Source of the DNA: Chlamydiota bacterium
GTDB taxonomy: Bacteria; Chlamydiota; Chlamydiia; Chlamydiales; GCA-2402025
Assembly: GCA_037146655.1 (NCBI GenBank)
Contig: JBAWWQ010000001.1
Span: forward strand, 1 to 27,551
Length of the DNA: 27,551 nt
Direction: 5' to 3'
A model generated the notes under the pieces. That model had not been told where the DNA came from. It saw nothing but the letters and a program-made list of their open reading frames with translations, and ran no database searches. Made by a program: the position numbers and the translations under genes. Each line of letters starts with the position of its first letter. Position 1 is the stretch's first letter. Shown here piece after piece: positions 8,382 through 16,981 of this stretch.

Positions 8382-9736
8382 AATTGCTTACTTTTTAAAG
8401 CATCTAATAATAAAGGCCCATACCGAGTGATATCACCTGCTCCTAATGTAACAAGGACATCTCCAGATCGAATAACTCCAACAAGAAGTTCTATTAAATT
8501 TTTTGTAGAAACTTCAAATGCATTATGATGTTGCATAGAAGTTAGTAGGCTCTCTGCGCTCACCTGCTCTATAGGCTTTTCTCCAGCGCTATAAACATCG
8601 GTTACAATGCATAGATCAGCCATCTTTAGCGACTCTGCAAATGCCTCCATATGATGCTGCAATCTTGTATACCGATGTGGCTGAAAAACCACAACTAATC
8701 GCCTATTTCCAATAGACTGTTTAAGAGCAGTTAAAGTTGCAACGACCTCTACGGGATGATGTGCGTAATCATCAAACACCTGCACCTGTTTTTCTTCTCC
8801 TAAAAACTCTAATCGTCTTTTCACGCCTGTGTAAGAAAGTAATTGTTGCTCAATAGCCTCTATAGACACACCTAGCTTAATAGCCATCCCAACAGCTGCT
8901 GCCATATTTAACACTTGATGTCTACCGTGAATAGGCATCTTTAGGCCAGAAATTTTTTTTCCTTCAAACTCCAAGTCAAATTCAGTGTTTAAACCATGAT
9001 TTCTGACCCCTGTAATACGAAGATCTGCCTTATCAGAAAATCCATAGTAATTTGCTTTAACCTGTAATTTTTTTAAAAAAAAATCTTCTTCACATAAAAA
9101 TAATAGATCGGAGCATTTTACATGTTGAATAAATGTAAGATATCCCTCTTGCAACCTTTCTTTAGTAAGCCAATAATCAAGATGATCTTCATCGGTGTTT
9201 GTGACAATAGCGCCAAATGCCGGAGTACATAAAAAAGAACCGTCACTTTCATCAGCTTCCGCAATAAAATACTGTCCATTACCATGCTCTGCATTGGTTC
9301 CAAGCTCTCTTAAATAACCCCCTATCACAAAAGAAGGACTAAGCCCGCCGTTTTTGAGTAAAGTTGCAACCATGCCTGTTACTGAAGTCTTACCATGAGC
9401 CCCTGTAATTAAAAGGGATTTTTTTCCTTGCATCAACCTATCTAAAAGCTCTGAACGGTGAAGGATTGTTAATCCTAATTTTTTAGCTTGTATCCATTCA
9501 GGATTGTCTTCTTGAATAGCTGAGCTATACACCACTTGCATCCCAGTTTGAATATGATTTGCCAGGTGGGCTGAATAAATAGTTGCTCCAAGTGCTCTTA
9601 AATCTTGAACAGATCTATTATGTTGAAGATCACTACCAAAGACGATATGACCACGCTCAAGCAAAATTTTTGCTAAAGCACTCATGCCAATACCACCAAT
9701 CCCAATAAAATAATAAATAGATGAATCAATCAACAT
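8378..9736 (-). CDS. murC: UDP-N-acetylmuramate--L-alanine ligase (stand-alone, no Ddl fusion)
   Basis: GIGGIGMSALA, ITGAHGKTSVT, EADESDGSFL, DDYAHHP and VFQPHRYTR motifs. Confidence 0.97.
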   Translation of the reverse strand: MLIDSSIYYFIGIGGIGMSALAKILLERGHIVFGSDLQHNRSVQDLRALGATIYSAHLANHIQTGMQVVYSSAIQEDNPEWIQAKKLGLTILHRSELLDRLMQGKKSLLITGAHGKTSVTGMVATLLKNGGLSPSFVIGGYLRELGTNAEHGNGQYFIAEADESDGSFLCTPAFGAIVTNTDEDHLDYWLTKERLQEGYLTFIQHVKCSDLLFLCEEDFFLKKLQVKANYYGFSDKADLRITGVRNHGLNTEFDLEFEGKKISGLKMPIHGRHQVLNMAAAVGMAIKLGVSIEAIEQQLLSYTGVKRRLEFLGEEKQVQVFDDYAHHPVEVVATLTALKQSIGNRRLVVVFQPHRYTRLQHHMEAFAESLKMADLCIVTDVYSAGEKPIEQVSAESLLTSMQHHNAFEVSTKNLIELLVGVIRSGDVLVTLGAGDITRYGPLLLDALKSKQL

Positions 9737-10842
9737 GTAATTTTCTCTAAAGTATGTATAACAAGATCCACTAAAGGTAGATCTTGTTTCCTTTTTTGAA
9801 AAGCATCTATTGCCAATTTCATAGGGGAAATATTTTCTATAAGCTTTTGTAGTCGATCCGCTAATTTTTGAGGCGTCATCTCTTTATGCTCTATGACAAA
9901 AGCCCCCTGCACCTGTTTAGCTATATATTGAGCATTAAAATTTTGATGCTGATCTTTTAAATACGGATAGGGAATAAAAAGTGTTGGTAATTTAAATAAA
10001 AGTTGCTCAGCAATTGTATTAGAGCCAGCTCTTGCAATAAGTGCATCTGCTGCGCTATAAGCATCACTCATCTTTTCTTCATACTGCCCAACATAAGCAG
10101 ATATACCTAACTTAAGATAGGTGTTTTTAACAAAATTTACATCCGTATTAAATCCAATCAAGTGAATAATCTGAAAAAATTCTATCTGCTTTTTAAGGAG
10201 CGGCATAGCTGCTAAAACAGCATGATTTAATGAAAGGGCGCCTTGTGAGCCCCCAAACACTAATAGGGTTAATGCAGTTGGATCTAACCCATATTTTTCC
10301 CTTGCTTGCTTTTGTGAAACTACGGCTCTCTTTTCTTGTAAAATTGGCATTGTAACTTTAACAGCCTTGATATTTTTTTCTAATTCTACATCAAAAAACT
10401 GATAGGCAAGGTGTTTGGCTTTTTTTGCAAAAAGCTGATTAACCTTGCCTAAAACAGCATTTGATTCAAAAAGAATATAAGGAATCTTAAGTAGATAAGT
10501 GGCAACTAAAATAGGAAAAGAATGAAAGCTTCCAAAGCCTATTACGAGCGTTGGTTTTTTTGCTTTTAAAATCTGAACACTTTGAAAGATCCCCTTGATT
10601 AAACAAAAACTTGTTTTTAACCACATCCATGGTTTTTTTATAAAAAATACCCCACTTGAAATATCCACATAAGAAAATGCTTTTTGATTAAAAAAAAAAT
10701 TCGAGCTCAATCCACATCCCAAAAATAAAAAATCCATTTCACTATTTTTTTGTTTTAACTCTTGAGCTAGTGCTTGAGCTGGATAAAGATGTCCACCTGT
10801 TCCACCAACAGCTAAGATAAGTAGATCTTTTTTTTTATCCAT
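9730..10842 (-). CDS. murG: Undecaprenyl-PP-MurNAc-pentapeptide GlcNAc transferase
   Basis: GGTGGHLYP, FGGSQGA, RAGSNTIAE and HQNFNA motifs. Start is placed at ATG 10842 (MDKKKD) because the track start at 10902 overlaps ftsW. Confidence 0.96.
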   Translation of the reverse strand: MDKKKDLLILAVGGTGGHLYPAQALAQELKQKNSEMDFLFLGCGLSSNFFFNQKAFSYVDISSGVFFIKKPWMWLKTSFCLIKGIFQSVQILKAKKPTLVIGFGSFHSFPILVATYLLKIPYILFESNAVLGKVNQLFAKKAKHLAYQFFDVELEKNIKAVKVTMPILQEKRAVVSQKQAREKYGLDPTALTLLVFGGSQGALSLNHAVLAAMPLLKKQIEFFQIIHLIGFNTDVNFVKNTYLKLGISAYVGQYEEKMSDAYSAADALIARAGSNTIAEQLLFKLPTLFIPYPYLKDQHQNFNAQYIAKQVQGAFVIEHKEMTPQKLADRLQKLIENISPMKLAIDAFQKRKQDLPLVDLVIHTLEKITC

Positions 10843-10847
10843 GTTGC

Positions 10848-11954
10848 TTACCCAATAGCATACCTTTGCTGATAAGAAATCTTTCCTACATTGAGAATAC
10901 AAGATAACATGAGTAGATTTGCAATTAAAGAAGATCCTCCATGGCTAAAAAAAGGAAGATTTGTTCCTTTACTTGGTAAGAGCCCTGAGACCACACCTAA
11001 ATTCAAAAATGCCTGAAAGCAAATAATAAACGTTAAAATACCCGCTACATAAAGCCCTTGCTTATCACAGGCTTGACTTGCTATTTTAAATCCTAAAAAT
11101 CCAATACACATATAAAGAATAATCATAAATGTGATCCCAATAAATCCAAGCTCTTCTGCATAAATTGCCGCGATATAATCACTTCTTGCTTCTGGAAGAT
11201 AGTGGAGTTTTTGTAAACTTTCTCCAAGCCCTCTGCCATATATACCGCCAGAACCTGTTGCAACTTTTGCTTGATAGGGTTGGTGTCCTTTGCCCAAAAG
11301 ATCGGATTCTGGATTTAAATAAACACGAATCCTTGTAGCAACGTGTGGCATTTTAGACGCACAAATCCCACTCACTCCTACAATAATCATAAGAGGCATC
11401 CCCCAATATACCCACTTTACTTTTGTTAAATAGAATAATACAACAAGAGTGACTAGCATAATCGCTGCTGTTCCATTATCAGGCTCAAATAAAATCAAAA
11501 GAATAGGGATCGTTAAAGTAGCTAAAATCTTTAAAAATGATTTAAGAACAAGCGATTTATAAAAACGTGTAAAGACTGCCAAGTAATATAGTGGCATCAC
11601 CATTTTCATAAGCTCGGAAGGCTGCAAAGAAATCCCTCTTACACCGATCCATCTACGAGCACCATTGAGTTCTTGACCTATATGAGGAATAAGGACAAGA
11701 AGTAAAAACAAACAATTTGCCCAAAATACATAAGGTACATAAACAAATATCTTATGATAACCTATCCGATAAATGCAGTAACTGAGTCCAAACCCAATCA
11801 CAGCGTGTAATATCTGCTTTAAAACAGGATAGTGGCTTTTTTTTTGATCAAAACTTTCGAGCACTTCGGCTGAAGTGGTATTAAACACCATCAAAAGGCC
11901 AAGAAAAAATAAGATCGCTACACACAAAATGAGTAAATATCCATGTCGATTCAC
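10848..11954 (-). CDS. ftsW: SEDS peptidoglycan polymerase FtsW
   Basis: Multi-TM protein with NGARRWI, LQPSELMK, EPDNGT, LPEARSDYI and LPFFSHGGSS motifs; directly upstream of murG. Confidence 0.95.
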   Translation of the reverse strand: MNRHGYLLILCVAILFFLGLLMVFNTTSAEVLESFDQKKSHYPVLKQILHAVIGFGLSYCIYRIGYHKIFVYVPYVFWANCLFLLLVLIPHIGQELNGARRWIGVRGISLQPSELMKMVMPLYYLAVFTRFYKSLVLKSFLKILATLTIPILLILFEPDNGTAAIMLVTLVVLFYLTKVKWVYWGMPLMIIVGVSGICASKMPHVATRIRVYLNPESDLLGKGHQPYQAKVATGSGGIYGRGLGESLQKLHYLPEARSDYIAAIYAEELGFIGITFMIILYMCIGFLGFKIASQACDKQGLYVAGILTFIICFQAFLNLGVVSGLLPSKGTNLPFFSHGGSSLIANLLMLSCILNVGKISYQQRYAIG

Positions 11955-11965
11955 GAAAGGCTCTC

Positions 11966-12670
11966 TTATTTAATTTTAATACGATCTCCTGGACGCAAAG
12001 CTTTTGCTTGTTTTTCAGTGAGTTGATTTAATTTGATTAAATCCTCTACCTTAACATGATGTTCGATTGCAATTTTCCATAAGTTGTCCCCTGGTTTAAT
12101 CGTATAGAGATTTTCTTCAACTTGTGGTAAAACTTTAATAGCAGTTGTACTAGCTGCTTTTTCCTTTGGTAAATATAAAGTCTGACCCACCTGCAGTTTT
12201 GCATCTACAAGTTCATTAACCTGCATAAGGGCTTCAACACTTGTACCATAACTTTTAGCAATTTTCTCTAAAACATCCCCTTTCTTCACAATCACTTTAC
12301 CAAGCTCTTCTTGAGCTATAGGTTTTTTTGCCACGAGTACTTTATCTAAAGCATTTTCTCTAGCAGGTACAGCCTGTTGTACACTAGGTTTAATTACCGC
12401 TACTTCTTCTTTAATTTTCTCTACAGATTCTTTCGGAGCGATTTTAACAGGCTGGGCTATCGGATGCTCTGCATTTACAGAAACAGGTTTTACAAGAGGA
12501 ACTTCTTTTCTAAGAGAAGCAATCTCTTTTTCAACAATTCTTGGAGAATCTTCTTTCATGGCAACACGCGAAGATGTCGTTGGTTCATTTTTTAAGGCGC
12601 TCACAAATAACATGACAAGGAGTCCTGCATTGATTAATACGGCAACAATAATAGTATCTTTTCTAGTCAT
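11966..12670 (-). CDS. Membrane-anchored protein with two LysM domains (chlamydial NlpD/CT759-like)
   Basis: N-terminal TM segment (IIVAVLINAGLLVMLF). LysM repeats VKKGDVLEKIAKSYGTSVEALMQVN and YTIKPGDNLWKIAIEHHVKVEDLIKLN. Confidence 0.9.
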   Translation of the reverse strand: MTRKDTIIVAVLINAGLLVMLFVSALKNEPTTSSRVAMKEDSPRIVEKEIASLRKEVPLVKPVSVNAEHPIAQPVKIAPKESVEKIKEEVAVIKPSVQQAVPARENALDKVLVAKKPIAQEELGKVIVKKGDVLEKIAKSYGTSVEALMQVNELVDAKLQVGQTLYLPKEKAASTTAIKVLPQVEENLYTIKPGDNLWKIAIEHHVKVEDLIKLNQLTEKQAKALRPGDRIKIK

Positions 12671-13991
12671 TTACATACCTATTTTCTAAGGCTGTTACAA
12701 GTTCTTTAAAATGTTCCCCTCTATGCATATAATCTCTATATTGATCATAACTTGCACATCCAGGAGATAGTAAAATTGTGGACTCTGGCGTTGCAATCTC
12801 CCAAGCCTTTTCCATCGCTTGATCAAGAGTCTCACAAACTGTCACATCATAATATCCTTTTAATGTATCTGCAATAAAAGGTCCACTTTCTCCTATTGCT
12901 AAAATCTTATCGACATAAGATTCAAATCCCACCTTCCAGCTTGTAAACGATAAGCCTTTATTTTTGCCACCCACAATTAATACAATTTTCCCTTGCAATG
13001 TTTTTACAGCATGAATCACGGCTTCTGCTGTTGTTGCTTTACTATCGTTTACAAAATAAACCCCATTTACTACCTTGAAAAATTCAAGTCGATGTGGAGG
13101 TTTTTTAAAACTAGAAAGAGCCTCCATCATCACTTTTTCTGAAATAGAAAAAGCTAAACTAAGCTCTTTAATAAGATAATAAACCTCTATACCCAGGGCT
13201 TTTTTTCTTACTAAATCCATCAAGCCACAGTATTCTCTCTTTTGTGGAAGTTGTAAACAAGAATCTTGTGGAATTATGTTAACTTTACATCCAATAGAAT
13301 CGATTTGTTTTCGAAAAACCGTCGCTGTTTTTTCTAAAATAAAAGCCACCCCTTCAGGTTTTAAACATCGCAATAGATTAAACTTTGCACTAGCATACTC
13401 TTCAAAAGAGCTATGTCTGTCTAAATGATTTTGTGAAATCTCTAAAATAATGACATAATCAAATTTTTTCGCAGTCAATGTTTCTAACTGAAAAGAACTG
13501 AGTTCACATACTAAAACTTCTTGTTCTATTGGATTTTGATTGAATAGGTAGGTTGAAAAAGGAACACCAACATTGCCTAAAGCTTTCGCTTTATATCCTG
13601 CAACACAAAGAATATGACTTAGCAAAAGAGTGAGTGTTGTTTTTCCATTAGAGCCTGTGATTCCGATACATTTTTGATGGGCATGGCTCAATGCAAACTC
13701 AGCCTCTCCCATTAACATCATCCCTGAGTCTTTAATTTGTTTATACAAAGGATGTGTTTGAGCAATGCCGGGTGATATAATAGCAAGCTCATATTCACTA
13801 AGATCTGGCCTAACTTTATCTAGATCTAACATCAATTTTGATCTATCTACACTTTGTAACCACTGCTCAATAGCTTGTTTATCAAGATGGGCATCGACTC
13901 CTAATACAGAATAACCCTGATGCAATAGTGCATCAGTTGCTGCCATACCACTTAAACCAAGTCCCACAACAAGTGCTTTTTTTTCTTGCAT
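12663..13991 (-). CDS. murD: UDP-MurNAc-L-Ala--D-Glu ligase
   Basis: GLGLSG, ITGSNGKTT, ELSSFQLE, NHLDRH, NDSKAT and LLSPGCASYDQY motifs. Confidence 0.95.
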   Translation of the reverse strand: MQEKKALVVGLGLSGMAATDALLHQGYSVLGVDAHLDKQAIEQWLQSVDRSKLMLDLDKVRPDLSEYELAIISPGIAQTHPLYKQIKDSGMMLMGEAEFALSHAHQKCIGITGSNGKTTLTLLLSHILCVAGYKAKALGNVGVPFSTYLFNQNPIEQEVLVCELSSFQLETLTAKKFDYVIILEISQNHLDRHSSFEEYASAKFNLLRCLKPEGVAFILEKTATVFRKQIDSIGCKVNIIPQDSCLQLPQKREYCGLMDLVRKKALGIEVYYLIKELSLAFSISEKVMMEALSSFKKPPHRLEFFKVVNGVYFVNDSKATTAEAVIHAVKTLQGKIVLIVGGKNKGLSFTSWKVGFESYVDKILAIGESGPFIADTLKGYYDVTVCETLDQAMEKAWEIATPESTILLSPGCASYDQYRDYMHRGEHFKELVTALENRYVND

Positions 13992-14000
13992 AAGTAAATC

Positions 14001-15191
14001 CTACTGAAACTTTAAAGAAGCGAGTCCAAGCAAAGCAAAAATCAATCCGCAAATCCAAAAACGCACTACAACCTTTGTTTCATGCCAACCTTTATACTCA
14101 AAATGATGATGAAGTGGAGAACATAAAAATACACGTTTTCCTTTTCTACATTTAAAGCTTATCACTTGAATAATTACAGATAATGCTTCAACAACAAATA
14201 TAATTCCTATTAAAGCTAAGAGCAATTCCTTGCGTAATAAGACAGAGCAAACACCAAGAAGTCCTCCCAAAGGGATCGAACCCACATCTCCCATGAACAC
14301 CTGTGCTGGATACCCGTTATACCACAAAAACCCAAGAGCTGCACCAAACATAGCACATAAAAAGATAGCGATCTCACCACTACCTTCAATATACAAAATA
14401 TGCAAGTATCTAGAAATGTCTAGGTGATTAGATAAAAAAGCAACAACTGCTAAAACCGCTGCGACCATTAAAATAAGTCCAGAAGCTAGTCCATCTAATC
14501 CATCTGATAAATTCACTGCATTAGATGTTCCTGCAATGACAATAAGTGAAATAAAATAAGCTAGAATAAGAGCTCCACCTCCCAAGATAAAAAAAGGGGC
14601 TTTTTTAAATGGTAAATAAAAAACACCTTGATATTGCTGCAATGTTAATTCTATCCCAGATGGATCTTTAGCAATCGGTGGCAAAAACCATCTTCCAAAA
14701 TGGATAGCCTCACTCACTTGAGGAATAAAAAGATACATAGCAAGTAGTGAAGCAAATAAACACTGAAGAGCAAATTTATATTTCCCCTTAAGCCCTTTGG
14801 AATTTTTATGGCGTATTTTCAAATAATCATCAATGCCACCTAAAAGCCCAAGCCACACTATAGTAACAAGTAAGATCAAAGTAAAACTACTTGTCAAATC
14901 CATCCATAATAAAGACGATATCCCTATGGAAAAAAGCATCAAAACCCCACCCATAGTAGGTGTATGCTTTTTCTTTTCATGTAGCTGAGCCAGCATCGGA
15001 CAGTCCTCTACGCGGATAGACTGACCAGTTTTTAAATTAAATAGCCAAGCAATGCAACGAGGCCCTAAAAAAATCACCATAATAAGTGTTGTTAGAGCTG
15101 CTAAAAGCATCCTTGTTGAACAATAATAAAATACAGCAGGTATTTTTAAATGGGTTAAATAATGCAACCCTTCGAGCAAGAAAAGTAACAT
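14001..15191 (-). CDS. mraY: Phospho-N-acetylmuramoyl-pentapeptide transferase
   Basis: TPTMGG, GGIDDYLK, SNAVNLSDGLDGL, VFMGDVGS and PLHHHFE motifs. Confidence 0.97.
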   Translation of the reverse strand: MLLFLLEGLHYLTHLKIPAVFYYCSTRMLLAALTTLIMVIFLGPRCIAWLFNLKTGQSIRVEDCPMLAQLHEKKKHTPTMGGVLMLFSIGISSLLWMDLTSSFTLILLVTIVWLGLLGGIDDYLKIRHKNSKGLKGKYKFALQCLFASLLAMYLFIPQVSEAIHFGRWFLPPIAKDPSGIELTLQQYQGVFYLPFKKAPFFILGGGALILAYFISLIVIAGTSNAVNLSDGLDGLASGLILMVAAVLAVVAFLSNHLDISRYLHILYIEGSGEIAIFLCAMFGAALGFLWYNGYPAQVFMGDVGSIPLGGLLGVCSVLLRKELLLALIGIIFVVEALSVIIQVISFKCRKGKRVFLCSPLHHHFEYKGWHETKVVVRFWICGLIFALLGLASLKFQ

Positions 15192-15221
15192 GGAATCTTC
15201 CTATATATCTTAGAAAAAAGG

Positions 15222-15249
15222 ATCATACTAAAGCGCTTAAAAAAGACAA
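15222..15249 (-). promoter_or_regulatory. Candidate sigma66/sigma70 promoter for the mraY-to-ftsQ run
   Basis: Minus strand TTGTCT-N16-TATGAT, about 30 nt upstream of the mraY ATG. Confidence 0.5.
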
Positions 15250-15318
15250 AGATTATCTCAACTCTTCTACTGTTTCTATAAGCATCCCTCTAGTTAAAGT
15301 TTATTTTTAAAATATTTG

Positions 15319-15457
15319 ATTTCCGCGAATTATCTCATCATATCTTGCGGAATCTGCTGTTTTTTGTCACTTTACGCTGATTATAGTGGTATAATTTGCG
15401 GAATCTATGCTTTTATGCAGCTTTACGCAGAATATAATGCCATATCCAGCGGAATCT
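15319..15457. repeat. Three 51-bp-period units, each an imperfect inverted pair (A/C)TTT(A/C)CGC-N20-GCGGAATCT
   Basis: GCGGAATCT at 15347, 15398 and 15449. ATTTCCGC/CTTTACGC at 15319, 15370 and 15421. All spacings are exactly 51 bp. Confidence 0.88.
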
Positions 15458-15459
15458 AC

Positions 15460-15488
15460 TTGACTACCAAAGTATCAAGATACATACT
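15460..15488 (+). promoter_or_regulatory. Candidate promoter of the AAA ATPase gene
   Basis: TTGACT-N17-CATACT abutting the last repeat box; AAGGAAA SD-like motif downstream. Confidence 0.6.
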
Positions 15489-15520
15489 GAGGTAGGCATT
15501 AAAAATAAGGAAAACACCCC

Positions 15521-16963
15521 ATGTCCATTATAGGAAGAGAAAAAGAGCTTAAAGTTTTAGAAAAACTTTACAAATCACCCGAAGCTGAATTTCTAGCAGT
15601 TTATGGACGACGTAGAATAGGTAAAACCTTCTTAATTAACGAGTTTTTCAAAGATAAAGGTGTATATTTTGAATTAACTGGATCTCAAGAGGCAAACCTG
15701 GCTCAGCAACTTAAAAATTTCGCTATTGTTTTTGGAAACCAATTTAGGGAAAAACCCCCTACTCCTAAGTCTTGGACAGATGCTTTTGAACTTTTAAAGT
15801 CGACTCTAGAAAAACTTCCAGGCAATCAAAAAATTATCCTTTTTTTTGATGAACTTCCATGGCTTGCCTCTAAAAGATCAGGTTTTCTTAGTGTTTTAGA
15901 TTATTATTGGAATCGCTATTTTTCTAGAAATCCAAAAATCCTACTTATTGTTTGTGGATCTGCAGCTTCCTGGATGATAAAAAAAGTCATCTACAATAAA
16001 GGTGGGCTACATGGTAGACTTACTGCAACCATCCAACTTCTTCCTTTTGATTTAGGAGAAACAGAAAAATTTCTTAAAGCTCGTCATGTTGAGTTAGATC
16101 GAAAACAAATCCTTGAACTTTATATGGCCATAGGGGGCGTTGCTAAATATTTAACTTATGTAAAACGAGGAAAATCAAGCGCAGAGATTATTCAAGAACT
16201 ATGCTTTGAACAAGGGAGTCCTCTCTCTCATGAATTTTATAAACTTTACACATCCCTATTTACCAATTACACCCATCACATACAGGTCGTTGAAACACTT
16301 GGCAAGCACAAAAACGGCATGACGCTGATAGCTCTTTTACAATCCACAGGGCTGCAATCTGGAGGAAGCTCTAGCATGATTTTACAAGAATTGCAAGAAT
16401 CTGGTTTTATTTTATATAGTCAAGATTTCAAGAAGAACAAAAAAAATGGCACTTATCGGTTAATTGATGAATTCTCCCTTTTTTATCTAAATTGGATGAA
16501 AGATTTTTTTGCATTAAACAATCTAAACAAAAATTACTGGCTCAGAATACAAAGTCATGCTTCGTTTATTTCCTGGGCAGGATATGCGTTTGAAGGGATT
16601 TGTTTAAAATATTTGTCAAAAATCATTCACGGACTTGGTTTAGATATTGTAGCAAGTAGCGCCTCTAGCTGGTCTTATTTACCTAAAAATAAAGAAGAAA
16701 TTGGAGCACAAATTGATCTAGTTATTCACCGCACAGATGGATGTATTAATCTTTGTGAAATAAAATTTTGCAATGAAGAATTTATTATCGATAAAGGTTA
16801 CGGAGCAAATTTAACCTATAAAAAAGCACAATTTCGCAAAATTACCAAAACAAAAAAAAGCTTATTTACAACACTTATTACAGCTTATGGAACCCAAGAA
16901 AATAGTCACTATTTGTCTTGTGTCGATAATCAACTTTCCATGGATGTTCTTTTCGAAAAATAG
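15521..16963 (+). CDS. AAA-type ATPase (archaeal ATPase/DUF234-like architecture) with a wHTH and a C-terminal PD-(D/E)XK-like domain
   Basis: Walker A GRRRIGKT; Walker B ILFFDELPW; wHTH-like MTLIALLQSTGLQSGGSSSMILQELQESGFI...GTYRLIDEF; C-terminal QIDLVI...INLCEIKF. Confidence 0.87.
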   Translation: MSIIGREKELKVLEKLYKSPEAEFLAVYGRRRIGKTFLINEFFKDKGVYFELTGSQEANLAQQLKNFAIVFGNQFREKPPTPKSWTDAFELLKSTLEKLPGNQKIILFFDELPWLASKRSGFLSVLDYYWNRYFSRNPKILLIVCGSAASWMIKKVIYNKGGLHGRLTATIQLLPFDLGETEKFLKARHVELDRKQILELYMAIGGVAKYLTYVKRGKSSAEIIQELCFEQGSPLSHEFYKLYTSLFTNYTHHIQVVETLGKHKNGMTLIALLQSTGLQSGGSSSMILQELQESGFILYSQDFKKNKKNGTYRLIDEFSLFYLNWMKDFFALNNLNKNYWLRIQSHASFISWAGYAFEGICLKYLSKIIHGLGLDIVASSASSWSYLPKNKEEIGAQIDLVIHRTDGCINLCEIKFCNEEFIIDKGYGANLTYKKAQFRKITKTKKSLFTTLITAYGTQENSHYLSCVDNQLSMDVLFEK

Positions 16964-16981
16964 TAATAAAATCAAGCAGAT

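Noticed and set aside
15319-15457. CRISPR interpretation of the 51-bp array
   Set aside because: The conserved blocks are only 8-9 bp and alternate within each unit, the spacers are partly similar to each other, and no cas gene is present.
15317-16975. Terminal inverted repeats TTGATTT/AAATCAA around the ATPase insert
   Set aside because: Only 7 bp in an AT-rich context with no target duplication; expected by chance.
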